Assembly: GCF_009914755.1 (NCBI RefSeq)
Contig: NC_060935.1
Length of the DNA: 64,000 bases
Source of the DNA: the human T2T-CHM13v2.0 reference genome, Homo sapiens
Direction: 5' to 3' (one strand)
The notes beneath the pieces are model-generated. The model ran no database searches, was not told the origin of the DNA, and saw only the letters and a list, made by a program, of their open reading frames with translations. The position numbers and the translations under genes are program-made. Positions 38,601 through 51,412 of this stretch are shown in pieces. Position 1 is the stretch's first letter; every line of letters begins with the position of its first letter.

Positions 38601-39623
38601 CCAGAATGCATCAGCTGTAGTAGTGTGGAGAGGGACCAACGGTGGGCAGGGCCCTAGAACTCCCAAGATTGTATGCCCTTTGTCTTCCGCTACCAGGGTG
38701 CGTAGGGAAGGACCATCAGGTGCGGGCAGGGCTAGGCATGTCTGAGCTCAGACTCTCCTTGGGTGGGTCTTGCTGCGGCTGCTGTGGGGACGGGAGTGAG
38801 ATTCCCAGGTCACTGGAGTTGTGTACTTAGGAGGATTATGGCTGCCTCTGCTGAGTCATGCAGGTTGTCTGGGAAGTGGGGGAAAGCCAGCAGTCACAGG
38901 CGTCACCCAGCTCCCACAGAATCTGAAAGACTAGTCTCATTCACACTGTGCCCTCTGCAAGAGCCCTGAGTCTTTTTCCAGTCAGAGGGCGATACGGCTT
39001 GAAAACCTGCCCGGGGCTTTCCGCCTCCCAGCTGTGAAAGAAAAGGGCTTTAGTTATTCCCCACCATGAAGTCTGCAAGCCATATTCCCGCCCTCCTCCG
39101 TGTTCTCACCAGGAGGCTTCTCACCCCATTCAAACTGTTACAAAGTTCAGCTAGAGAATTCCTTCTCCCTGTGGAGTTTTACCCCCTGCTCCTCCAGCCA
39201 CTCTCCTGATGGATCCCTGTGGTGCCAGGCAGGAATGGGCTGCTTGGGGAGCCAGCAAGCTCCCAGGGCCTTCCTGCTGCTTTCTCTACCCCTGTATTTC
39301 ACTCAGCTGGGCTCTCTAACTTGACTCAGCTCCAGATAAAGTCAGAAACTTCTCCCACAAACAGTCCTTCAGCTTCTCCAGTGGGGGTGTGTGTTCAGGA
39401 GAGGAGGGTCTCCCTTTCCCACTTCCACACTCGGGGCACTCACGGTATTTGGGGTGTCTCCTGGGTCCTGCAGGAGAAGTCCACTTGCTTCAGAGGGTCT
39501 GTGGGTCCTCTCAGGACTGCTTGTTTGTTCTTGCAGTCAATCTGGAGCTAAAATTCATAATGCAGGCCTCCACATGCCGCTCTGCTGGAACTGCAATCTA
39601 GTCCTCCTCCCATGCACCGTAAT
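32668..39623 (-). mobile_element. Full-length, decayed L1PB (L1PB1-like)
   Basis: 5' UTR ~38230-39623; ORF1 start MRRNQKTNPGN at 38220; ORF2 start MMNATVPHISILTLNVNGLN at ~36779; RT fragment 34316-35002 (FADD mutated to FADY); L1PB-type 3' UTR; degenerate TSD ctgtaatgaacgtgt (32653) / ctgtgatgaacatct (39624). Confidence 0.9.
37289..37624 (-). mobile_element. AluS inserted in L1PB ORF1
   Basis: Alu dimer with expanded middle A-rich linker; 14-bp TSD tctttgtgcttctt at 37275-37288 and 37625-37638. Confidence 0.95.
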
Positions 39624-42514
39624 CTGTGATGAACATCTGAAAAAATATTATGTGGAATGGAAATATATTTTGTTTCTCTTGGGTAAATTCCTAGGACTAG
39701 ATTGATAACTTTATGCTTAACATGTTTTACTTTTTCTTAACAGCTTTATTGAGACATAATTCATATTCCATAAAATTCACCCATTTAAAATATACAATTC
39801 AATAGTTTTTAGTATACTCACTGGATGGATGTACAACCATCACCTCGACCTAATTTTAGAATATTTTTGTCACTCCAAAAATGAAACCCCGTACCCATCA
39901 GTAGTCAAACCCTATTTTCCCCCAACCCTCTCTCTCAGCACTAGGCCACCACTAATCTACTTTGTCTCTACAGACTTGCTTATTCTGGACATTTCATATG
40001 AATAGAATCATGCAATATCTGGTCTTTTGTGACTGGCTTCTTTAACTGAAGATAATGTTTTTGAGGGTCATCCACATTATAGCAGATATCAGCAATTCAT
40101 TCCTTGTTACTGCAGTGTAGTATTCCATTATATGAATGTGTCACATTTTGTTTATCCATTCATCAGCTGATGGACATTTGGATTATCTCTATAAACAGAG
40201 GCAATATGAATAATGCTCCTATGAACATTTGTGTACAGGTTTTTGTATGGACATATGTTTTCATTCTCTTGGGTTTACATCTAGCCGTAGAATTCCCAGG
40301 TCATATGGTAACCCTATGTTTAACATTTTGAGGTACCGTCAAAATGTTCTTTAAATGTCTGAATCATTTTACTTTCCCATCATCAATGTGTGAGGGTTTT
40401 GATCTCTCCACATTCTTGCCAGCATTATTACCTGTCATTTTGATTTTAGCCATCCTAGTGAGTGTGAAGTGGTATCTCACTGTGGTTTTGATTTGTCTCT
40501 CTCTAATGATTAATGATGCTGAGTATCTTTTCCTGTGATTATTAGCCATTTGTACCTCTTCTTTGGATAAATATATACTTAAATCCTTTTCCATTTTATA
40601 ACTGGATTATTTGTCTTTTATTGTAGAGTTGTTAGAATTTTTATGTATCCCTTGTACAAGTGTCTTATCAGATATATGATTACAGATATTTTCTCCCATT
40701 CTGTGGGTTGCCTTTTCACTTTCTTAACTGTGTCATTTTAAGCACAGAAATTTTGAATTTTTATGAAGCCCAATTTATCTCTTTTTATTTTGTTTCTTGT
40801 ACTTTTGGTGTCAAATCTAAGAAACCGTTGCCCAGCCTGTGACCATAAAGATTTAATCCTCTGTTTCTTCGAAGGGTTTAATAGTTGTAGCTCTTGTGTT
40901 TATGTCTATGATTCATTTTTAGTTAATTATTATAAATAGTGTGAGGTAGAGGACCCAACTTCATTCTTTTGCATGTAGATATCCAGTTGTCCCCACCCCA
41001 TTTATTAAAAAGAATATTCTTTTTCCACTGAATTGTCTTGTCATCCTTGTCAAAAATCAAATTATTATAAATGTAAGAGTTTACTTCTGGACTGTCAATT
41101 AACCAATGTGTCTATCCTTATGCCAGTACCACACTGTCTTGATTATTGTAGCTTTATAGTATGCTTTAACATACTACAAAGTTTGAGTTCTCCAACTTTG
41201 TTCTTTTTCAAGATTGTTTTAGCTATTGTGGGATCCTCAAATTTCCATATGAATTTTAGAATATAAAAAAAGCCTACTGGCATTTTAATAGGGGTTTATT
41301 GATCAGTTTGGGGAGTACTGCCCTTTTGACAATATTAAGTCTTCCATCCATAAACATCTATTTCTATTTATTTAGATCCTAAATTTCTTACAACAAAGTT
41401 TTGTCATTTTCAGTGTGCAAGTCTTGCACTTCATTTGTTATTATTCTTAGGTATTTATCTTTTTAGTGCTAGGGTAAGTGGAATTTTTTTCTTAATTTCA
41501 TTTTGGGTTTTTCATTGCTAGTGTATAGAGAAGTATAGTGGATTTTTGAATAATAATCTTGTATCCCACAACTTTGCTGAACTCATTTCTTGTAATAGTT
41601 TTTAGTGAATTCCTTAGAATTTTTTATGTACAAGATCAGGTCGTCTGCAAATAGTTTTCCATCTCCCTTTCCAATCTGAATGCCTTTCATTTATTTTTCT
41701 TGCCTAATTGTCCTGGCTATACATTATTCAATAGAACTGAAGGAACAAACATCTTTTTCTTGCTCCTGGCTCCTGATTTTAGGAGAAAAGTATAGTCTTT
41801 CACCATTAAGGATAGTGTTAGTTGAGAATTTTTTCATAGATGCTTTTTATCAGGTTTATAAAGTTCACTTTTTATTCCTACTTTTTGGAGTGTTTTAATA
41901 ATCAAAAAGCACTGGATTTTGTCCAATGCTTCTTCTGCATTTATTGAGGTGAACCATGTGGTTGTGGCTTTTACTCTATCAATATTGTGTACTACATTAG
42001 TTTTTGATTTTCAAATGTTAAACCAACTCCAGGGATAATCCCACTTGGTAATAAAGTATGATCCTTTTTATATGTGCTGAATTCAGTTTGCTATTATTTG
42101 TTGAGAATTTTTACATCTATAAGAGATATTGGGCAATAGTTTATTTTCTTTTGATGTCCTTGTCTGGTTTTGGTAGCAGGGTTTTGTAGCATTCAATTCC
42201 TCTTGATTTTTTAAACCTCATAGAATGAGTTGGAATACTTTCTTTTTTCTTCTGTTTTTTGGAAGAGTCTGTAAAAGTATGAATAGTAGTTCCCCTTTAA
42301 ATATTTGATACACATTTAACTTTTTAAGAAATGTCAAACTTTTTTCTGTAATATTTTACATTTTTATCAGCAAGATATGAAGGCTCAAGTTTCTCCAGAT
42401 CCTCACAACATTTGTATTATCTCTTTTTATAATAGACATTCTAGTTGGTGTGTAAAGAGGTATATCATCTGCCTTAACTTGCATTTTTCTGATAGCTTAT
42501 AATATTGATAATCT

Positions 42515-42890
42515 GTTTATATTACATTAGATAGCTAATAAACTATATATTAGATATCACACCAACATATATATAACATATATATGTTTTATATATATCT
42601 AAATCTTTATATATAGATTTTGATATATATGATATATATTATATTAGATAGCTAATAAACTATATATTAGATATATATTAGATATATAGATATTAGATAT
42701 TATACCAACATATATATAATTTATATATATTTTATATATCTCTAAATCTTTTTATACATATAACATGTATAAAGATTTTTATATATCATTATATATAAAG
42801 ATTTTGATATATATGATATATATACACACACAAAACTTATATATATGTTATATATATAAAAGTTGATATAATATCCAAATATTTATTTTT
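42515..42890. repeat. AT-rich (TA)n low-complexity tract with an internal tandem duplication
   Basis: attagatagctaataaactatatattagatat at ~42526 and ~42643, with parallel downstream motifs. Confidence 0.85.
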
Positions 42891-44114
42891 TTAAAAAATT
42901 AAGTTGTCTTCTTTTTATTGAGTATTGTGTTCTTTACATATCCTGAATGCAAGTCCCTTATCAAATTATGATTTGCAAGTACTTTCTCCCAATCTCTTGC
43001 TTGTCTTTCAATTTCCTAATGTTTTCTTTTGAAGGCAAAAAGGTTTTAATTTTAATGAATTCAAATATTTTTTCAAGTATGAAATATGTTTTTGGCATCA
43101 TATCTAAGAAGTCTGCTCAATCTAAGGTCATGAAGAATATTTTGTTTTCTTCTAAAAGTTTTATCATTTTATAATAGCCTAAATGTAATTTAGGCGTATG
43201 ATCTATTTGAGTTGTTTTTGTGGATATGCTGTAGGTAAAGATCTGTATATGCTTTTTCTTATAAACATATAATTATACCAGCACCATTTGTAGAAAAGAC
43301 TGGTTTTTGCCCCCACTGAATTGCCTTGGCACCTTTGTTAAAAATTAAATTGACCTTAAGAGTTTATTCTTTTGTGCATTCTCAGTTTTACTTCATTGGG
43401 CTTATCCTTTCACCAGCACCACATCGTCTGATAATTATATCTTGGTAGTAAATTTGAGATCAAGTAGTATAAATCTTTTTTCCCAAAACTTTTCTGGCTA
43501 TTCTAATTTCTTTGCATTTCCATGGAAATTTTAGGATAATTTTGCTAATTTCTACCAAAAAACGCCTGCTGGAATTTTGATAGGCATTGTTTTGAAGCTA
43601 TAGCTCAACTCACCTAGACTGTCTAATTTGTTGATTTAAAGTTATTTGCAGCATTTCCACAGAAACTTTTTAATATCTATAGTGTTGGTGGTCACGTCCT
43701 GTCTTTCAGTCCTAATTTTAGTAATTTGTTATGTTCTCTAGGTTTCCTTGCTCATCCTGTGTAGAGGTGTGTGAAATTTTAAAAAGTCTTTTCAAAGACC
43801 CACCTTTGGTTTACATTGAAATTCCCTATTTGTTTTTCCTCTGTTATTTTTCTGTTTTCTATTTCATTGTTCCTAATTCTTGTTTGTTTTTTCTTTCTTT
43901 ACTTTTGTTTGTCTTGGGCTTCTTGCTCTTCTTTTTCTAGTTCATTAGGTGGAAGTTTAGATTATTGATTTGAGATCTTCCTTTCTTTCTAATGTAGGTG
44001 TTAAATATAAATTTCCCTCTAAACATAGCTTTAGTTGTATTCTGTAAGTTGCATATTCTTGTAAACTCAATCCAAAATACCTTGATTTATTTTACCAAGG
44101 GTTATCTAGAAGTA

Positions 44115-44952
44115 CAATATTACACGCTTATCCACAGGGAATATGTTCCAAGACCCCCATGGCTGCCTGAACCCGCAGATAGTACCAAACCCAATTCCTG
44201 TCCATCAGTACACGTCCTGTCTTCCACTTACAAACATAATGCCTTTTTCATCTTAACTAAGCACTTAGGCACTGTGGCCATAGCTTCTGCAGTTTGAGAT
44301 GTGTCAGAAAAACTAGGATGAATTTATTTTTCTTTCATCACAATTTCATGGACAGAAGATTTGTTATTACCATAAATCTCAGCAACCTTAGCATATAGTT
44401 TTTTTTTCTTTCCTTATTGAGAACTTTCACCTTTTCACTTAAAGGAAGCACTTTATAGCTTCTCTTAGGTGTATCTGAATTGCCAGCATTACTACTCTTG
44501 TGCTTTGGTCCATAAATTAAAATAAGTGTTACTTGAACCCAAGTACGGTGACACTGGGACAGTCAAACTGATAACCGAGAGGGCAGCCAAGCGGGTGGGT
44601 AACAGGGGGTAAGGTAGATACCATAGAGACGCTGGACGTAGGAATGATTCATTTCCCAGGAGGGACAGAGCAGGATTTCATCACGCTACTCAAAACTTAT
44701 GAATTGTCTATTTCTGGAATTTTCCATTTACTATTTCAGACTGCAGGTCTGAAATATTCTTTCATGTATGAAATATGTTTTTGGCATCACATCTAAAAAC
44801 TCTGCTCAATCTAAGGTCATGAAGAATATTTTGTTTTCTTCTAAAAATTTTATCATTTTATAATAGTTCGTACATTTAGGCGTATGATCTATTTGAGTTG
44901 AGTTGTCTGTCAAACCACAGAAAGTGAAAGCAAGGATAAGGAGGGATCCCTG
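44115..44952. mobile_element. MER44 (Tigger7-derived) DNA transposon with an internal templated insert
   Basis: TA-flanked; cttatccacagggaatatgttccaagaccccc at the left end, aaagtgaaagcaaggataagg..ctg at the right end. Confidence 0.8.
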
Positions 44953-46664
44953 AATGTTGTTTAACTTACAAATATTTGAAGATTTCCCAGATTTCTCCCC
45001 ACTGTTGATGTCTAGTTTAATCCTTTTGTGTTCAGAGAATATACTTTTTTATTTCATTTCTTTTCAATTTGTTGAGATTTGATAGTATAGCACATGAACT
45101 GTCTTAGAGAAGATTTCAAGTATACTCACAAGAATATATATTCTGCTCTCATTGGTTGATTCAAGTGTTCTCTTGCTGTCAGATGAAGCTGGTCAATACT
45201 GTTGTTCAAGTCTTCTATTCATTTAATGATTTTCTGTCTACTTTTTCTTTCAGTTATTGAAAGTCAAGTTTTTAGATCTCTAACTTGCTGAATGGTTTAT
45301 TTTTCCTTCCAATTCAGTCAGTTATTGCTTCAAATATTTGATGGCTCTCTTGTTTCAGGCATAGACATTTACAATTGTTATATTTTCCTTTTGTCATTGT
45401 GAAATATCACTTTGTCTCTAGAAATATTTTTGTCTTAAAATATATTCTGCTATTAATATAGCCACTCCAGCTCTCTTACGGTTATTGTTTGTATGGCATA
45501 TATTTTCCCCGTTTTATTTTTAAATTCTTATGTCTTTGAAGCTAAAATATGCCTCTTATAGACAGCATAGAGTAGGATCTTCTTTTTTCATCCAGTCTAA
45601 CAATCTCCACCTTTTGATTATTGAGTCCATTCACATATGTTATTATTGACATGGTTAAATTTACATTTGCTGTTTTACTATGTGTTTTCTATATGTCTCA
45701 TGAGTTTTTTGTTCCTCGTTCTTTATTTATTATATTCTTTTGTATCAAACAGGTACTTTTAGTGTAATATTTAATTCCTCTTGATTTTTTAAACTGTATA
45801 TTTGTACTTTTGGTAGTGTCAGGCTAAGGGATTACAATATACATCTTAATTAATTACAGACTACATCAAAGTAATTACAGTCTACATCAAAATAACTTAA
45901 TTCTGGTAAATTATGGAAACCCTGTTCCAGTACACCTTCATCCCCTCAGCTTCCTTTGTACAATTATCATATGTATTAAAGCTATATTATGTTGTAAATC
46001 CAATAATACAATGTTATAATAACTGCTTTATGTAATCTTAGAAAAGAAGTTAAGAGAAGTGAATATATATTTATATAGACTTCTTTTTATTATTTTTAAC
46101 TCTGGTAAAATAAAGTAACATACAATTCCCCATATTAACCATCTCTGAATGTACAGCTCAGCCTTATGAAGGACATTCACATTGGTGTGCAACAACTGCC
46201 ATCATCCGTTTCCAGGACTTTTTTCATTTCACAAAACTAAAATTCTACCATTAAACAATAACTCCCCATTCTCCCTACCCTCGGCCCCTAGCAACCACAA
46301 TTTTACATTCTTTCACTATGAGGTTAACTATTCTAGGTAGCCTACGTAAGTAGAATCATGCAGTATTTTTTTGTGGCTGACTTATTTTACTTAGCATAAT
46401 GTCTTCAAAGTTCATCCATGTGGTAGCATATTTTAGAATTTCCTTTCACTTTTAGGGCTGAATTATATTCCACTGTGTACACCACATGTTTAAAATCCAT
46501 GTATCCATTGATGAACATGTGGGTCGCTTTCACCTTCTGGCTTTGCAGATAATGCTGCTGTGAACATAGTTGTACGTGTAGCTCCTCAAGATCCTGCTTC
46601 CAGTTCTTTCGGGTACAAAACCAGATGTGGAATTTCTGATTCACTTGATAATTTCATTTTTAAA

Positions 46665-46967
46665 AAAAAATTGTTCAGCGACAGGGTCTCACTCAGTTGC
46701 CCAGGCTAGAATGCAGTGGCATGATCATAGCTCACTGCAGCCTCAACCTCCTGGGATCAAGTGATCCTCCCACCTCAGCCTCCTGAGTAGCTGGGACCAC
46801 AGGCATGCACCACCATGCCCAGCTGGGTTTTTTTATTATTATTATTTTGTAGAGACAGGATCTTGCTATGTCTCCCAAGCTGGTCTTGAACTCCTGGCCT
46901 CAAGTGACCCTCCTGCCTTGGCCTCCCAAAGTGCTTGGATTACAGGCATGAGCCACTGCATCCAGAC
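46665..46967 (-). mobile_element. AluJ
   Basis: AluJ-type segments gacagggtctcactc, ctcactgcagcctcaacctcctgggatcaagtgatcctccc, tggcctcaagtga. Confidence 0.9.
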
Positions 46968-47815
46968 TCCTTTTTCACTGTTTGAGGAACCACCGTACTG
47001 TTTTCCACAGCAGCTGCACCATTGTACATTTCTACTAACAGTGTGCAAGGGTTCCAGTTTCTCCACATTCTCACTAACATTTATTGTTTTCTGTTGTTCT
47101 GAATATGTATATAGTAGCCATTCTAATGGGTATAAGGTAGTATTTCATTGTGGTTTTGATATGCTTTTCACTAATGACTAGTGATGTTGTGCTTCTTTCC
47201 ATGTGCTTATTATCCATTTGTGTATCTCCTTGAAAGAACCATCTATTAAGTTCTTTGTACATTTTTTAACCAAGTCATTTGGGTTTGTTGTTGTTGCTGG
47301 GTTGTAAGAGTTTTCTGTATATTCTGGGCACGAACCTCTAATCAGATATATGATTTGTAAATCTCTTCTCCCATCCCGTGGATCCCTTTTTCCACCTACT
47401 GACAGTGTTCTTCGATGCACAGAAGTTTTGAATTTTGATGTAATCCAATTTATCTGTTTTTTCTTGTAGCCTGTGCTTTTGGGGTTTTACCCTCCCCCCC
47501 ACACACCAAAAAACATCATTGACAATTTCAATGCCATGCACCTCTCCCCTGTGCTTTCTTCTAAGAGTTTTATAGTTTTAGTGCCTACAGTTAGGTCTTT
47601 GAGCCATTTTGAGTTAATTTTTGTATATGGTTTAAGTTAAGGGTCAACTTTATTTCTTTGCGTATAAATATCCAGTTTTTCCAACACCATTTTTTTAAAA
47701 GGTTGTTTTTCCCCCATTGAATACTCTTGGAACCACTGTCAAAATTTATTTGACCACATATTTGAGGGATTATTTCTGGGCTGTCTATGCTTTTCCATTG
47801 GCTTATATGTCTGTC

Positions 47816-48592
47816 TTTTTTTTTTTTTCTTACAAACAGGTTTTATTGCTTTTGGTCCACAGTCCTTATTTCTCATTATCTAATGGTGCAGGGACCCTGG
47901 GTGGGGGTTCCCGTGTAGTATTTGGTGGAGTGTGTGGGGGGCACGGAGACAGAGCAGTATAGCTGGTCAGGCCTGGAAGGGGAAAAGAACGGCTGAGGCC
48001 CCTTAAAACCTACTGAAGAGCCATGTGCGGTGGCTCACGCCTGTCATCCCAGTACTTTGGGAGGCCGAAGCAGGCAGATCACCTGAGGTCAGGAGTTCGA
48101 GACCAGCCTGGCCAACATGGTGAAACCCCATCTCTACTAAAAATACAAAAATTAGCCAGACGCGGTGGAGCACCTGCAGTCCCAGCTACTCTACTCAGGA
48201 GACTGAAGTAGAAGAATCCCTTGAGCCCAGGAGATAGAGGTGCAGTGAGCCGAGATCACCTGACTGCACTCCAGCCTGGGCAACGACAGTAACAAAAACC
48301 TACTGAGGCCACAGTGGCGGGGGAGGGGCGGGGGCGGGGAGATTAGCATGGATGGGGGTCAGGCTTGGCCCCAACAACTCAGAATTCCACTTCCTTGTAC
48401 GGGCCTCAGTTTCCCCACCAGGCCCTGAGACGGGTCTGAGGGTCTAAGATCTGTGGGTCTGAGGGTCCTAGGGAAATCCAGCCACTCAGGAGCCTGAGCT
48501 ATTTAGCATGGTGGCCGGGCCCCCTCTCCCAAGGGACTCATTTTCCAGCACCTCTCCACTGTCCCCCACCCCCTATTCCTCTGGAAAAATAC

Positions 48593-48623
<31 letters not shown>

Positions 48624-49979
48624 GTTTTGTAAATACTTCCTGAAACGTTTGCGGGTACAGAAACCACAAACTGATCGGCTGACAAAAGGGGAAAGAGGCG
48701 AGGCAACTGGAAACCTTCCGGGACCGGTTCCCTCCATGCCCAGGTCTCTTCTCCCCAGCACAGTTCTGCCCACAGCCTGAAGGTGCCAGCAGGGACCCTC
48801 ACCCTACACGCTTTGGGATAGGGCCTTGACCTCTTCCCCCGCAGCCCGGTGGCTCAGACCTGCGAAGGAACCAAGGCAAGAGGGAGAAAAGCCCTGCCGC
48901 CTGATCCCACGCCGCCACTCACAGACCCTTCGTTGACCGGCAGCATTGAACAGGAAAAAAAAAAAAAGATGAAAACACAGAAAACCCCAAAAACCCAGAC
49001 GGGGAGACGATGTGGGGAAGAGAACGTGCTGGGAGCCTCAGTAGCCAGTCTCCTCCTCGTAGTAAGCGGAATATTCAGGGGCCTCTCCAGGGCCAGGACG
49101 GTCGCCTGCACCCGAGGGAGCCCCATCGGCCACTGGGCCTTGCGGGCAGTACTTGGGGTCGTATATCTGCCGGCCCAGGCCAAAGACCTGGCCGCTCTGG
49201 TTGGCGCCCTGCGCGTAGCCCATCTGCAGGGACATGAAAGAGTTGTTACACTTGTCGGTTCCCAGCTTGGTGTCATAGATGTACCGCCGGGTCCCGGGAG
49301 CCGTCGTGCCCACCTGGCTGGCACACTTGTTTGCACCCATCTGGAGGCTGATGGTCGAGCGGTCCATGGGGGGCAATACGTGGTTCTTGGGGTCATAGAG
49401 ATGCCTCCTCGTGCTGTACGCGGTCATGCGGGACTGGCTGGTGCATTTGTGGGTGCCCATCTGCAGCCCGATGACGCACTGGCGGGCATTCATGGTGGCG
49501 TCCTCAAAGTCCCACTCCTGCTTCTCCGAGTGCGTGTCACCGATGTCCGCCCCTCTCTGCGGCCCCTTAGTCTTGGCCTTCCCTGCCAGGGCGAGAAGAG
49601 ACACCTGCACCTGCATCGTGTTCCCACTCTCAGACAGGTCGTTGGCCTCAAACAGGTCCACGGGGTTCATGCCGTAGGTTTTCTAGCTGGTGCCAGTTCT
49701 GCACGGAGCGGTTGATCTTGGGGTCTGAGCCCGGCTGCAGCTTGTTCATGAGTGTGCGTAAGATAATCCAATCCTTCAGGCCCTAATGGAAGTCGGGACG
49801 ATGGAGAGGCCAGTGAGTCCCTCCATCCAGCTGTGGAGCTCTGCCTCCTTCTGGAGGTCATATTTGGACAGGAGCCGGTTCTTAACCTCAGCCAAGAGTC
49901 CACAGAGGGGCCTTTGTTTAACTGCATGGAGCTCATGGCTGACAGGCGCGGCGGCAGGACGGGACGGGACCGGACGGGC
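47816..49979 (-). pseudogene. Processed (retro)pseudogene of calponin 2 (CNN2)
   Basis: Intronless CNN2-like sequence: short 5' UTR, ATG at 49936 (MSSMQLNKGPS), frameshifts near 49905 and 49800, an in-frame TAG, a ~9-codon deletion near 49677, then an open C-terminus 49038-49670 ([11 protein letters not shown]...EEETGY*). Full 3' UTR, AATAAA 47847-47842, poly(A) 47816-47828, TSD core ctgtcttt at 47811 and 49987. Confidence 0.95.
48018..48294 (+). mobile_element. AluS within the 3' UTR of the CNN2 retrocopy
   Basis: Alu dimer; TSD aaaacctactga at 48005-48016 and 48295-48306; almost no A-tail. Confidence 0.9.
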
Positions 49980-50319
49980 TGTGTACCTGTCTTTATACCA
50001 GTACCATACTGTTCTGATTACTCTAGCTTGTAAGATGTTTGAAACCCACAAGTGTGAGACCTCCATCTTTAATTCTTCATTTTCAAGATTGTTTTGGCTA
50101 TTTCGGGTCTCTTGAGATTCCATATACATTTCAGGATGGATTTTTCTATTTCAGCCAAAAAAAAAAAAAATGGAATTTTGATAGAAATACACTGAAACTG
50201 TAGGTCACTGAGGAAAGTATTAATATCTTAATGATATTAAGTATTCTAATCCATGAACACATTTACATGTGTCCTCTTTAGTTTCTTTCACAACATCTTG
50301 TAGTTTTCAGTATACAAGG

Positions 50320-50739
50320 TGTATTAGGCCACTCTTGCATTGCTATAAAGGAATACTTGAGATTGGGTAATTTATAAACAAAAGAGATTTAATTGGTTCA
50401 TGGTTCTGTAGGCTGTACAAGCATGGCTCTGGCAACTGCCCGGCTTCTGGGGAGGCCTCATGAGCTTCTACTCATGGTAAAAGGCCAAGCGGGAGCAAGC
50501 ATGTCACATGGCGAGAGCAGGAGCAAGAGAGTGCGGGAGGGTGCCATGCAGTTCTTAAACAACCAGATCTCACAAACGATCATCTGCTATCACGAGAACA
50601 GCACCAAGAGGATGGTGCTAAACCATTCATGAGAAATGCACCCGCATGATCCAATCACCTCCCACCAGGCCCCACCTCCAGCACTGGGCATTACATTTCA
50701 ACATGAGATTTGGCAGGGACGACTATCCAAACTGTATCA
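50320..50739 (-). mobile_element. MSTA-like MaLR solo LTR
   Basis: TG...CA ends; 5-bp TSD caagg at 50315-50319 and 50740-50744. Confidence 0.9.
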
Positions 50740-51094
50740 CAAGGCCTTTGCCTCTTTGGGTATGTTTATTCTTAAGTATTTTTGGTGCTATTTTAGGTGG
50801 AATTATATTATTAATTTCCTTTTCTGATTATTCATTTTTAGGATATAGAAGGCAACTGATTTTACATGTTGTTTTTGTGTCCTACAACTTTGCTGAATTT
50901 GTTTACTAATTCTAACGGGTACTTTTTGTATGTGAAACCATTAGGTTTTCTACATGTGAGATCATGCCATCTGTAATCACAGATGATTTTACTTCTTTTC
51001 CAATTTGAATGCCCTTTTTCCTTGCCTACTTGCAATGGCTAGAACTTCCAGTATTACACTGGGTCTTAGTGGGAGCGGGGGTTGGTTTGTTCTG

Positions 51095-51099
51095 TTGTC

Positions 51100-51130
<31 letters not shown>

Positions 51131-51412
51131 GAGACAGATTCTTGCTCTGTTGCCCAGGCTGGAGGGCAGTGGTGTGATCTCAGCTCACTGCAGCCTCCAC
51201 CTCCTGAGTTCAAACCATTCTCCTGCCTCAGCCTCCTGAGTAGCTGGGATTACAGCAGTCTGCCACCACACCCAGATACTTTTTGTATATTTTGTAGAGA
51301 TGGGGTTTCGCCATGTTGGCCAGGCTGGTCTAGAACTCCTGACCTCAAGTTATCTGCCTGCAGCAGCCTCCCAAAGTGCTGGGATGACAGGCATAAGCCA
51401 CCGCACCAGGCC
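51095..51412 (-). mobile_element. AluS with (CAA)n tail
   Basis: (ttg)n followed by gagacagattcttgctctgttgcccaggctgg...ccaccgcaccaggcc. Confidence 0.9.

Larger units (their letters stand above)
39640..46080 (-). mobile_element. Stack of ancient L1MB/L1M fragments
   Basis: New 3' end at ~39730; ORF2 remnants (e.g. 40364-40594); T-rich plus strand. Confidence 0.75.

Noticed and set aside
48849-49715. 288-aa plus-strand ORF
   Set aside because: Antisense shadow of the GC-rich CNN2 coding sequence.
49776-50129. Apparent L1 ORF2-CNN2 fusion ORF
   Set aside because: Chance read-through across the retrocopy insertion junction; ends at a frameshift.
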